From Gammaproteobacteria bacterium (GTDB taxonomy: Bacteria > Pseudomonadota > Gammaproteobacteria > Eutrophobiales > Eutrophobiaceae): a stretch of 64,000 nt of DNA. Positions within the stretch are counted from its first letter, which is position 1. Every line of letters begins with the position of its first letter. A model generated the notes under the pieces. That model was not told where the DNA came from and ran no database searches. It saw only the letters and a program-made list of their open reading frames with translations. The position numbers were made by a program, and so were the translations under genes. The stretch covers positions 562,205 to 626,204 of the forward strand of contig OZ271833.1 of assembly GCA_965601665.1 (NCBI GenBank). Direction: 5' to 3'. Below, one piece after another: positions 49,170-58,627 of this stretch.

Positions 49170-49246
49170 GGAGTGGTAGTTCAGTTGGTTAGAATACCGG
49201 CCTGTCACGCCGGGGGTCGCGGGTTCGAGTCCCGTCCACTCCGCCA
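49170..49246 (+). tRNA. tRNA-Asp (anticodon GUC)
   Basis: It has acceptor ggagtgg/ccactcc, anticodon loop cctgtca and T-loop ttcgagt. The CCA end is encoded. Confidence 0.9.
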
Positions 49247-49260
49247 ACATTTATAATGTA

Positions 49261-49290
49261 ACGGGCGTATCAATTAGTTGATACGCCCGT
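49261..49290 (+). terminator. perfect 13-bp stem hairpin after the hupB–tRNA cluster
   Basis: The hairpin is acgggcgtatcaa-ttag-ttgatacgcccgt. It is followed by an AT-rich stretch but no clean U-run, so it could be a terminator or a processing element. Confidence 0.45.
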
Positions 49291-49316
49291 AATTCATTCT
49301 GAAACGTGATAGTAAG

Positions 49317-51221
49317 ATGTTAGGACAAATTAGAGACAAGGCGACGGGCTGGATAGCCGGCATTATTGTCGGTGCATTGATTATTTCTTTTGCTTTCTGG
49401 GGTGTCAGCTTCTATTTCGGCGGCAATGGCCAGGCTAATGTGGCGATAGTCAACGATACCGAAATCGATCTGCAAACCTATCAGCGCTCCTTCACCAGCC
49501 TGAAACGCCAGATGCAATCTATCTTCGGTAATGAACTTTCCCTTGAAGAAGAAGAGTTGATACGTCAGCAAACCATCCAGCGTCTGGTAGATACCGAGAT
49601 CGTTAACCAGATCGTTCGCGACAATAATTTCCAGGTTACCGATAAACAGGTTGCAGCCACGATTACCAACCTGGAACTATTCCAGGATGAGCAGGGTTTT
49701 GATCGTAACAAGTACGAACAAGGTATTGCTAACCTGGGTATGGCGCCAGCATACTTCGAACGACAGTTGCGTATGGATTTGTTGTCAGAACAATTACAGT
49801 CAGGCCTGGCTGAAACGCTGTTCGTTACTCAGGATGAACTGAATGACGTGTTACGTATAAAAAACCAGACGCGTGATATTACCTATACGATCATCAGTGC
49901 CGATGATTACTTCGATGAAATTGAAATAGCCGATGCTGATATCCAGGCCTATTATGATGATAACAAGCAGCAGTATGCGGCTCCTGAACAGGTAAAGATT
50001 TCCTACATTGATCTTGATGTTACAAAGCTTGCTGACAACATAGAGTTTACTGAACAGGACTTGCGCGACTACTATCAGAGCAACAAGGATCAGTATGACG
50101 TCGCAGAACAGCGCTCGGTAACAAAATTGTTTGTTAAAACTGATGAAGGCTCTTCTGAAGAAGACATTGCCAGCGCACGAGCACAAATTGAAAAAGCGCT
50201 GGAACAGGCCAACAACGGAATGGATTTCGAGAAGATTATTGAGGAATCTGGCAAGGACGATGAAAGTCTACTGGAATTCAGTGAGCACGCCTTCATGACG
50301 CGTGGCATCATGGGCGATGAAATCGATGAATTTTTATTTGCCAATGATGAAGAAGCTGTAAGTGGCATTATCGAGAGTAAATCAGGATTCAACATTGTAA
50401 AGGTCGGTGAAATTCGCGGCGGACCAAAGAATGTCTTTGAAAAAGTTGCTGAACAAGTTGAAAGTGACTATCGACGCAGCCAGGCTGAACTTCAGTATTT
50501 TGAACTTTCAGATAAAGTAGCGACGTTGGCTTACGAGCATCCGGATACACTTGAAATTGCAGCTGAAGAAACCGGCCTGCAAGCAGTTGAAACAGAGTTC
50601 TTTGCCCGCGCCAACGAAAACGAAGACATTACCAGTGACAGCAGAATCATTGCTGCCAGTTTCCAACAGGACTTGATTGATTCGGGAAACAACAGTGATG
50701 CGATTGAACTGGGCGAAAACCACTCGGCAATCATTCGTGTTGTTGATTACAAGCCTTCTGAAATCCAGCCGCTGGCAGTTGTTCGTGACGATATCATTGC
50801 TGACATCAAACAGGAGCGTGCCATTAACAAGGCAGCGGAAGAGGGTGAAACAATTATTTCTCAACTTGAATCTGGCAAGTCGACAGAAGAAGTGCAGGCC
50901 AGCAAGGAAATTAACTGGAACAGCACCGAGGGTGCCAAGCGCGATGCAACAGATGTGACGCGCTCTGTATTGCGTGCGGCTTTTCAAATTGACAAGCCCG
51001 AAGACGAGCCAGGCCTTATTGGTTATCAGCTTGGTAGTGGCGACTATGCCGTTGTTATGGTGACAGCAGTGGCTGACGGTGAAATAGAGGATGTGACCGA
51101 AACGACCTCCAAGGCAACGGCCAGCGAAATGGTGCGCGTGCGCAGCTCCAGTGAATGGCGTGAGTTTCTGGATACAGCCAGGGAAGCAGCAAGCGTCCGA
51201 ATTTTCGAAGATAACATTTAG
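49317..51221 (+). CDS. ppiD: periplasmic chaperone / peptidyl-prolyl isomerase PpiD
   Basis: It has an N-terminal TM anchor, a SurA-N-like domain and a parvulin domain. It sits in the conserved position after lon-hupB. Confidence 0.85.
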   Translation: MLGQIRDKATGWIAGIIVGALIISFAFWGVSFYFGGNGQANVAIVNDTEIDLQTYQRSFTSLKRQMQSIFGNELSLEEEELIRQQTIQRLVDTEIVNQIVRDNNFQVTDKQVAATITNLELFQDEQGFDRNKYEQGIANLGMAPAYFERQLRMDLLSEQLQSGLAETLFVTQDELNDVLRIKNQTRDITYTIISADDYFDEIEIADADIQAYYDDNKQQYAAPEQVKISYIDLDVTKLADNIEFTEQDLRDYYQSNKDQYDVAEQRSVTKLFVKTDEGSSEEDIASARAQIEKALEQANNGMDFEKIIEESGKDDESLLEFSEHAFMTRGIMGDEIDEFLFANDEEAVSGIIESKSGFNIVKVGEIRGGPKNVFEKVAEQVESDYRRSQAELQYFELSDKVATLAYEHPDTLEIAAEETGLQAVETEFFARANENEDITSDSRIIAASFQQDLIDSGNNSDAIELGENHSAIIRVVDYKPSEIQPLAVVRDDIIADIKQERAINKAAEEGETIISQLESGKSTEEVQASKEINWNSTEGAKRDATDVTRSVLRAAFQIDKPEDEPGLIGYQLGSGDYAVVMVTAVADGEIEDVTETTSKATASEMVRVRSSSEWREFLDTAREAASVRIFEDNI

Positions 51222-51558
51222 GCATACTTCTAAACTACTACGCTCATCATCTTACGCTTCGTCGGTACTCGGAATCTTCATGTATTACTTATACTGGGGT
51301 TGATGCGCTCCGGCGGAATACAACCTTACTACGCTCGTAACGATTTTAGATAGATTAATTTGAATCCGGGTGTGTAGTGATTTCCACCGCTGCGTTCGCC
51401 AAGCTTTCGTAAATTATTCTCTGTCAGTGATCGGCTGTGCTCGTCACGGTTTAAATACAGAAAAGCAGTTTTAGGAAATGCATTTACCAGGCTTTATACT
51501 CGTCCTTTCTATGCCGAACTAACTTTCTTTTATTTACAAAACACGGGTTCTGCCTGAA

Positions 51559-52773
51559 TTATGAATCAGGTATGTACCGCTCCATTACCGCCGCGCCAAC
51601 GCTGTCCCCCCAGACATTGACGGTTGTACGAAAGCGATCCAGCAGCCAGTCTACGGCCAGGATCATGCCGATACCCTCAGTAGGTAAATTGACGGCATTC
51701 AGTACGATAATCAATGTAACAAGTCCTGCCTGGGGTATGCCCGCGGCGCCAATCGCAGCCAGAGTTGCAGTCAAGAAAATCATTGTCTGTTCCATGATGC
51801 CCAATTCAATGCCGTAGGCCTGCGCGATAAACATAGCAGCGACCGCCTCGTACAGTGCTGTGCCGTCCATATTCACGGTTGCACCCAACGGCGTGACAAA
51901 TTTTACCGAGCGTTTATCAACACCGGCCTCAATCGCGCATTCCATGGTCAGTGGCAGTGTTGCAGATGAACTGGCGGTGCCAAACGCGGTAAACAATGCG
52001 CGTGACAGTTTGACCAGGTAAGTCTTGCCATGCCGGCTTAATAGACAAAGCAGCAGGAACAGCAGCAGAAAGTGTATACCCAGCCCGAAAACCACGGTCA
52101 TAAAGTATGCACCAACGTTGGCCAATTGTTGTTGTATGGCCTCGGCGCCACCTGCACGACCAATTTGTCCAGCAATTAATGCAAAGATACCTACGGGTGC
52201 CAATACCATTATCCAGATAACCAGTCGCATCATGGTTTCATTCAACCCGTCAAAGAAACGAATCATGGCTTCGTTCCTTTCTCCAATCGTGGTCATGGCT
52301 GCGGCAAAAAGCAGGCTAAAGATGATGATAGGTAGCAACTGGGTTTCGGCAGCTGATGCAACAATGTTGGGACTAACGAGTGAGCGAATGATATCGGTGA
52401 AGCCAATTTCACCTTTTGCGGCAACCATCTCGGGCACTTCATCGCTGAGTTGTTCTACCCCTATGCCTGGCTGTACCAGGTTCACAACGATTAGACCAAT
52501 GAAAACGGCAAGCGCAGTGGTGCTGGCATAATAAAGGAGTGTGAGACCGCCAAGTTTGCCGAGTTTTCGAATATCTCCAAGCGAGGAGACGCCACTGATT
52601 ACTGCTGCGATGATGAGCGGAATGATCATCATCTTTAGCAGGTCCAGGAACAGGTCGCCTATCCAGGCGATCTGGACCATTTGCGGGCCAAACAACCAGC
52701 CACAAACGAGGCCGGCTATGGCGCCCAACATGATGCCAATTACCAGTTTGTTTTCGCTGATGGCCATCAGCAA
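51559..52773 (-). CDS. dicarboxylate/amino-acid:cation symporter (DAACS family, GltP/DctA-like)
   Basis: 404 aa with the family-typical re-entrant loop motifs and an N-terminus of the type …GIMLGAIAGLVCGW…. Confidence 0.85.
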   Translation of the reverse strand: MLMAISENKLVIGIMLGAIAGLVCGWLFGPQMVQIAWIGDLFLDLLKMMIIPLIIAAVISGVSSLGDIRKLGKLGGLTLLYYASTTALAVFIGLIVVNLVQPGIGVEQLSDEVPEMVAAKGEIGFTDIIRSLVSPNIVASAAETQLLPIIIFSLLFAAAMTTIGERNEAMIRFFDGLNETMMRLVIWIMVLAPVGIFALIAGQIGRAGGAEAIQQQLANVGAYFMTVVFGLGIHFLLLFLLLCLLSRHGKTYLVKLSRALFTAFGTASSSATLPLTMECAIEAGVDKRSVKFVTPLGATVNMDGTALYEAVAAMFIAQAYGIELGIMEQTMIFLTATLAAIGAAGIPQAGLVTLIIVLNAVNLPTEGIGMILAVDWLLDRFRTTVNVWGDSVGAAVMERYIPDS

Positions 52774-52779
52774 GCAGGT

Positions 52780-53565
52780 TTATGCGATACCTATCGAGTT
52801 ATAACCGCAGTCCACGTACGTGATTTCGCCCGTCACTGCAGAGGCGTAGTCAGAGCAAAGGAATGCAGCTACATTGCCTACTTCTTCAATCGTCACGTTA
52901 CGCCGCAGTGGTGAGTTTTTTTCTACCTGGTTCAGGAAATCGCGTAGCCCCTTGATACCTGATGCCGCAAGTGTACGAATTGGACCAGCAGAGATGGCAT
53001 TTACCCGTATACCTTCAGGTCCGAGGCTGGACGCCATGTAGCGAACATTGGCTTCAAGGCTGGCCTTGGCAACACCCATGACGTTGTAGTTCGGCATGGC
53101 TCGTACGGCGCCAATATAGCTGAGCGTCAGCATGGATCCGTTGCGGCCTTTCATCATTTCCCTGCCGGCATCGCCAAGCGCAGAAAAACTATAGGAACTG
53201 ATTTCGTGGGCGGTCAGGAAACCCTCACGCGTAACATTTTCGAGGTATTCACCTTCCAGTTGCTCTTTTGGAGCAAAGGCGACAGAGTGAATCAGAATGT
53301 CCAGCCCATCCCAGTAATCGTCCAGGTGTTCAAAAACCGATGAAATCTGTTCATCGCTGGAGACATCGCAGGGAACGGTGATGTTAGAGTCCACTTCAGA
53401 GGCAAATTTTTCGACTCTGCCCCTTAATTTATCGTTTTGGTAAGTAAATGCCAGTTCTGCACCCTCGCGATGCATGGCCTGCGCAATGCCCCAGGCAATT
53501 GATCGATTACTGGCAACCCCCACAATCAATGCACGTTTGTTTTCGAGTAAACCCATACTAGTCAT
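52780..53565 (-). CDS. fabI: enoyl-[acyl-carrier-protein] reductase (NADH) FabI
   Basis: It is colinear with E. coli FabI ([38 protein letters not shown]…). Confidence 0.9.
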   Translation of the reverse strand: MTSMGLLENKRALIVGVASNRSIAWGIAQAMHREGAELAFTYQNDKLRGRVEKFASEVDSNITVPCDVSSDEQISSVFEHLDDYWDGLDILIHSVAFAPKEQLEGEYLENVTREGFLTAHEISSYSFSALGDAGREMMKGRNGSMLTLSYIGAVRAMPNYNVMGVAKASLEANVRYMASSLGPEGIRVNAISAGPIRTLAASGIKGLRDFLNQVEKNSPLRRNVTIEEVGNVAAFLCSDYASAVTGEITYVDCGYNSIGIA

Positions 53566-53680
53566 CCTATAGCTGCTTTATTGAATTATTTATTTAATTA
53601 CAACTCAAAGTGTACAGAAAAACAGGCATGTTTATAATGCTCCATTTGCAATCAAACCAGACTAAAAACAAATAATCTTT

Positions 53681-55837
53681 ATGTCGTTCCCCGGGCCCAG
53701 AATTGCCTTGCTTTGTTGCCTGCTGCTGTCAGCAGCCTGCGATAAAACCCCATGGAATAATCCATATCCGTCCGGAGAGGTAAAACAGAACGTTTACTAC
53801 GACTCTTTCTCGGAGCGCCCCAAACATCTTGACCCGATCAGCTCATACAGTGCCAACGAATATGTCTTCCTTGGTCAAATATATGAACCACCGCTGCAAT
53901 ATCATTTCCTGAAGAGGCCTTATGAACTGACGCCGTTAACCGCTACCACTGTGCCTGAACCAACCTATTTTGACGAGGAAGGGAATATGTTGGCTGCAGA
54001 CGCAGCAGTAGAAGACATCGCCAGAGTGGTTTACCGGGTGACAATCAAGCCTGACATACTCTATCAACCTCATCCTGCGTTTGCCCGTGATGCCAATAAC
54101 CAGTTCGTTTATCACGAACTGAACCCGGAAAAACTGGGCAATATTTACACGTTGGCGGATTTCAAGGTGGTGGGCACCCGGGAACTGCGTGCGCGGGATT
54201 ATGTATACCAGATCAAGCGCATGGTCCATCCAAAGGTACATTCACCTATCGCCGGCTTAATGTCCAAATACATACTGGGCTTAAGTGACTATGCAATAAC
54301 ACTCTCCCAGGCCATGCAGGAAAAAGGGGCCGGTTACCTTGATCTGGACGCGTATGACTTACCCGGTGCCCGGGTTATTGATGATTACACCTTCGAAATT
54401 GAGTTAACGCAGAAGTATCCGCAGTTTCGTTACTGGTTATCGATGTATTTCTTTGCCCCTATGCCGTGGGAAGCGGATTATTTTTATTCGCAACCGGGGA
54501 TGACGGAAAAGAATATCACGCTGGACTGGTTCCCAGTTGGTACCGGCCCTTTCATGCTGACGGAAAACAATCCTAACCGACGCATGGTGCTGGATAAGAA
54601 CCCGAATTTCCGAGGCGAGGCCTTTCCTGAAACAGGCTCCCCCGGTGACGCCGAGGCCGGCCTGTTGGATGATGCGGGCAAACCCATGCCGTTTATTGAC
54701 CGCGCGATTTATAGTCTTGAGAAGGAGTCTATACCGGAATGGAACAAGTTCCTGCAAGGCTATTATGACACCTCCGGTATTGTGTCGGACAGTTTTGACC
54801 AGGCCATCACGTTTAATACCCAGGGCGATGCCATGCTGACCGAGGAGATGCTGGATAAAGGCATCAAGTTAAAAACCGCGGTGACGACATCGACTTTTTA
54901 TATGGGCTTTAACATGGTCGATGATGTCATTGGTGGTGATAGTGAAAGTGCGCGTTTATTACGTCGCGCGATTTCCATCGCGGTCGATTACGAGGAATAT
55001 ATCTCGATCTTTGCCAATGGCAGGGGACAACCGGCGCAGGGTCCGATCCCTCCGGGTATATTCGGCCACATAGCCGGTGAAGCAGGCATTAACTACTATG
55101 TGTATACCTGGCAGGATGGCAAGCCGGTTCGTCGAAGTATCGATGAAGCACGTGACTTGATGACCCGGGCGGGTTATCCAAATGGCCGTGATGCAGAAAC
55201 CGGGCAACCTCTGGTGCTAAACCTGGACACGCCATCGGCGGGCCCAGGCACGAAGGCGCGTTTCGACTGGTTACGTAAACAATTCGCCAAGCTTGGTATC
55301 AATCTGGTTGTACGTGCAACAGACTATAACCGTTTCCAGGAAAAAATGCGCAAGGGTACCGCACAAATATTTCAATGGGGCTGGAATGCTGATTACCCTG
55401 ACCCGGAAAACTTTTTCTTTCTCTTGTTTGGCCCGAACGCGAAGGTCGATCATAACGGTGAAAACGCGGCAAACTATAACAACGAAGAATTTGATCAGTT
55501 ATTTAACGAAATGAAGAGTATGGACAATGGTCCGGCCCGGCAGACCATTATTAATGACATGGTCGAGATTGCCCGACGTGATGCGCCATGGTTGTGGGGG
55601 TTTCATCCCGTTGGCTTTACACTACATCACGGTTGGTATATGAATGCAAAGCCAAATCTTATGGCCAACAACACGCTGAAGTATAAGCGTATTGAACCAC
55701 TGGTTCGCGCGGAGCGACAACAACAGTGGAATCAGCCAGTCTGGTGGCCTGTGCTGGTATTGATACTGGGATTGATCATGGTCTTATTGCCGGCGATTGT
55801 TTCCTGGCGGCGCAAGGAGACACGTTCAATATCATGA
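53681..55837 (+). CDS. ABC transporter substrate-binding protein, family 5 (peptide/opine/nickel type), with lipoprotein-like N-terminus and extra C-terminal TM helix
   Basis: It has an SBP_bac_5 core. At 718 aa it is unusually long. The C-terminal segment WWPVLVLILGLIMVLLPAIVSWRRK is hydrophobic. Confidence 0.8.
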   Translation: MSFPGPRIALLCCLLLSAACDKTPWNNPYPSGEVKQNVYYDSFSERPKHLDPISSYSANEYVFLGQIYEPPLQYHFLKRPYELTPLTATTVPEPTYFDEEGNMLAADAAVEDIARVVYRVTIKPDILYQPHPAFARDANNQFVYHELNPEKLGNIYTLADFKVVGTRELRARDYVYQIKRMVHPKVHSPIAGLMSKYILGLSDYAITLSQAMQEKGAGYLDLDAYDLPGARVIDDYTFEIELTQKYPQFRYWLSMYFFAPMPWEADYFYSQPGMTEKNITLDWFPVGTGPFMLTENNPNRRMVLDKNPNFRGEAFPETGSPGDAEAGLLDDAGKPMPFIDRAIYSLEKESIPEWNKFLQGYYDTSGIVSDSFDQAITFNTQGDAMLTEEMLDKGIKLKTAVTTSTFYMGFNMVDDVIGGDSESARLLRRAISIAVDYEEYISIFANGRGQPAQGPIPPGIFGHIAGEAGINYYVYTWQDGKPVRRSIDEARDLMTRAGYPNGRDAETGQPLVLNLDTPSAGPGTKARFDWLRKQFAKLGINLVVRATDYNRFQEKMRKGTAQIFQWGWNADYPDPENFFFLLFGPNAKVDHNGENAANYNNEEFDQLFNEMKSMDNGPARQTIINDMVEIARRDAPWLWGFHPVGFTLHHGWYMNAKPNLMANNTLKYKRIEPLVRAERQQQWNQPVWWPVLVLILGLIMVLLPAIVSWRRKETRSIS

Positions 55838-56811
55838 TCAGTTATATCATCAGACGCATCATGTACGCGATACCGATACTCATTGGTGTCAATGTCATTA
55901 CATTTATGTTGTTTTTTGTCGTTAATACACCAGACGACATGGCACGCATGCAACTGGGTATGAAACGAGTTACCGAGGAAGCCATACAAAAATGGAAGGA
56001 AGAGCGTGGTTACGACAAGCCGGTGGTATGGAACACGCAGGCACAAGGAGCTGATAAACTGACGAATACCATCTTCTTTGAGAATTCAGTCAGGCTGTTC
56101 GTGTTTGATTTTGGTCGCTCTGAAAATGGGCGTGATATTAGCTACGATATCAGCCAACGCATGTGGCCAAGTCTTGCTATCACGGTACCGAGTTTACTGC
56201 TTGGTCTGCTTGCCTATATTACCTTCGGGTTAACGCTGGCGTTTTTTCGCGGCACCTATGTCGATGTTTCCGGCGTTATACTCTGTGTCATCATGATGTC
56301 GATCTCGGGATTGTTTTACATCATCGGTGGCCAATACCTCATTGGCAAGATGTTACATCTCGTGCCCATATCCGGTTTTGATACTGGTTTGAATGCTGTC
56401 AAATTTACCGTGCTTCCCGTACTTGTTGGTCTCATCGGTGGTATTGGCGCCAGTACTCGCTGGTATCGCACGATATTTCTCGAGGAAATGAACAAGGACT
56501 ACGTGCGCACAGCAAGAGCAAAAGGAATAGCTGAAACACGCGTGCTTTCAAAACACGTGTTCATCAACGGCTTGATACCCATTCTGACCGGCGTTGTTGT
56601 GATATTACCCACGCTGTTTATTGGTAGTCTTATCGTGGAATCCTTTTTTGCAATACCGGGTCTTGGAAGCTACACGATTGACGCGATCAATGCCCAGGAT
56701 TTCGCCATTGTACGTTCCATGGTGTTCCTTGGCTCGGTGCTCTATATCATCGGTTTAATCCTGACTGACATTTCCTACACCTTGGTTGACCCAAGAGTGA
56801 GGCTGAACTGA
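55834..56811 (+). CDS. ABC transporter permease (DppB/OppB-like)
   Basis: It is a BPD_transp_1 permease. Its start overlaps the SBP stop in an ATGA arrangement; the ORF track's earlier start is in a different context and is unlikely. Confidence 0.85.
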   Translation: MISYIIRRIMYAIPILIGVNVITFMLFFVVNTPDDMARMQLGMKRVTEEAIQKWKEERGYDKPVVWNTQAQGADKLTNTIFFENSVRLFVFDFGRSENGRDISYDISQRMWPSLAITVPSLLLGLLAYITFGLTLAFFRGTYVDVSGVILCVIMMSISGLFYIIGGQYLIGKMLHLVPISGFDTGLNAVKFTVLPVLVGLIGGIGASTRWYRTIFLEEMNKDYVRTARAKGIAETRVLSKHVFINGLIPILTGVVVILPTLFIGSLIVESFFAIPGLGSYTIDAINAQDFAIVRSMVFLGSVLYIIGLILTDISYTLVDPRVRLN

Positions 56812-58214
56812 TGCCGGTGATCTTTATCACGGATGCGTTTATCTTTCTGCTGTTGGCAATGGTTGCAGGTTTTGTCTTCTATGCACGTCGCCATGAGCAC
56901 TTGCGCGCGCCCTGGCGTGAAGTAGCGAAGCGCCCGCTGGCGATGTCAGCCGCCGTTGTGTTACTGGTTTACATTACCATCGGTTTGCTGGATTCGCTGC
57001 ACTTCCATCCGAAACTGGATGATACGAACGGCACCGGAGACAGCGTCTATTCGACTGAAATAAACAGCGTGCTCGATGTCTTACTGGATGATTTGCGCAC
57101 AAATACCGAACGTACCTATTCCGCACCGCTCGCTGCCACTGCATTTGCAAAAGAAATGATAGAACGTGAAGACGGCTCGCAGGTGCGCGACTACCCCCGC
57201 TTGAAATTTGGCGGTGCACATCTTGACGATCCTGAAAGCGAACGAGCCGGAGATATTGCCGGCCTGATGATACAAGGGTTAATCGTTGGGCTTGTCGTCA
57301 GTTCAGTTTTCGCGATTGTACTATGCGCGTTGCTGGCATGGCGCTCCGGCGTGTCTATCAAACAGACGATAAAACGTATTTCCGGCGATGAGTTTGATGT
57401 GCCCTGGTATGCCATCCTCTTAACAATCAGCATTTTGCTGGTGGTATTTTTTATTATTTACACTTTGTCCGGCCAGTACCATGTGTTCGGCACAGATAAG
57501 GTCGGTCAGGACGTGCTTTACCAGGCGTTAAAAAGCATCCGTACCGGTCTTGTGATCGGTACCTTAACCACGTTGGTCATGTTGCCATTTGCCATCATGA
57601 TGGGGCTGATGGCAGGTTACTTTCGCGGTATTATCGATGATGTTATTCAATATCTTTACACCACGTTGAATTCCATCCCGGGCGTATTGTTAATCGCAGC
57701 CTCTATCCTGTTGCTACAGGTCTACATAGGCAAGCATGAAGCGGACTTTACCAGTCTTGAACAACGTGCCGATCTCAGGTTGTTATTCCTGTGTATTATC
57801 CTTGGCATTACCAGCTGGACTGGCCTTTGCCGCTTACTACGGGCGGAAACACTCAAATTACGTGAAGTCGATTATGTGCAGGCTGCACAGGCATTTGGTG
57901 TGGGTAACTTCACCATTCTGTTACGGCACCTGTTGCCCAACGTGATGCACATCGTCATGATTTCCATCGTACTGGACTTCAGCGGGCTGGTATTAGCGGA
58001 GGCCGTGCTTTCCTACATTAACATTGGTGTAGACCCAAGCATGCATAGCTGGGGCAACATGATTAACGGGGCGAGACTGGAAATGGCCCGCGATCCTGTC
58101 GTGTGGTGGTCACTGGCGGCCGCATTTGTGTTCATGTTCCTGCTGGTTCTGGCTGCAAATCTGTTTGCTGATGCCGTGCGCGATGCGTTCGATCCGCGAT
58201 TGAGAGGAATATAA
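56811..58214 (+). CDS. ABC transporter permease (DppC/OppC-like)
   Basis: It has the second permease architecture, with a long N-terminal periplasmic loop and an EAA-type loop. Confidence 0.85.
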   Translation: MPVIFITDAFIFLLLAMVAGFVFYARRHEHLRAPWREVAKRPLAMSAAVVLLVYITIGLLDSLHFHPKLDDTNGTGDSVYSTEINSVLDVLLDDLRTNTERTYSAPLAATAFAKEMIEREDGSQVRDYPRLKFGGAHLDDPESERAGDIAGLMIQGLIVGLVVSSVFAIVLCALLAWRSGVSIKQTIKRISGDEFDVPWYAILLTISILLVVFFIIYTLSGQYHVFGTDKVGQDVLYQALKSIRTGLVIGTLTTLVMLPFAIMMGLMAGYFRGIIDDVIQYLYTTLNSIPGVLLIAASILLLQVYIGKHEADFTSLEQRADLRLLFLCIILGITSWTGLCRLLRAETLKLREVDYVQAAQAFGVGNFTILLRHLLPNVMHIVMISIVLDFSGLVLAEAVLSYINIGVDPSMHSWGNMINGARLEMARDPVVWWSLAAAFVFMFLLVLAANLFADAVRDAFDPRLRGI

Positions 58215-58216
58215 TT

Positions 58217-58627
58217 GTGAGCACGACATCCAGTATTCAACTGCCGACCGATCGCTTACCAACGATACGCGTGGTGGCCATGCCCAAGGATGCAAATCCC
58301 GGGGGATTTATTTTCGGTGGGTGGATTATGTCGCAAATAGACATTGCCGCCGCTATTCCTGCCTGGGAGCGAGCCAGGGGGCGTACCGCGACTGTAGCAG
58401 TAAACTCCATGGAATTTCATGAACCCGTATTCGTGGGTGATGTGATCAGTTGTTACGCCGATATTATAAAGACGGGAAGAACATCCATCACGGTCAAGGT
58501 GGAGGTGTATGCCGAGCGTAATCCGACCGATCCAATGATCGTTAAGGTAACCGAGGCGCAACTGACCTATGTTGCACTGGATGAAAACCGTAAACCCAGA
58601 CAACTACCGGAACTGAACGATGAATGA
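58217..58627 (+). CDS. hotdog-fold acyl-CoA thioesterase (YciA-like)
   Basis: 136 aa with …ANPGGFIFGGWIMSQIDIAAAI…, typical of the YciA/4HBT family. It is embedded between the permease and ATPase genes and overlaps the ATPase start. Confidence 0.75.
   Translation: MSTTSSIQLPTDRLPTIRVVAMPKDANPGGFIFGGWIMSQIDIAAAIPAWERARGRTATVAVNSMEFHEPVFVGDVISCYADIIKTGRTSITVKVEVYAERNPTDPMIVKVTEAQLTYVALDENRKPRQLPELNDE

Noticed and set aside
51222-51558. 337-nt non-coding gap after ppiD, with a short direct repeat (ttactacgctc… twice) and GC-rich patches, considered as an sRNA or degenerate mobile-element remnant
   Set aside because: There is no convincing hairpin plus U-run, promoter or inverted-repeat termini. 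It lies between convergent genes, so it may just hold two terminators. The evidence is too weak to call a feature.
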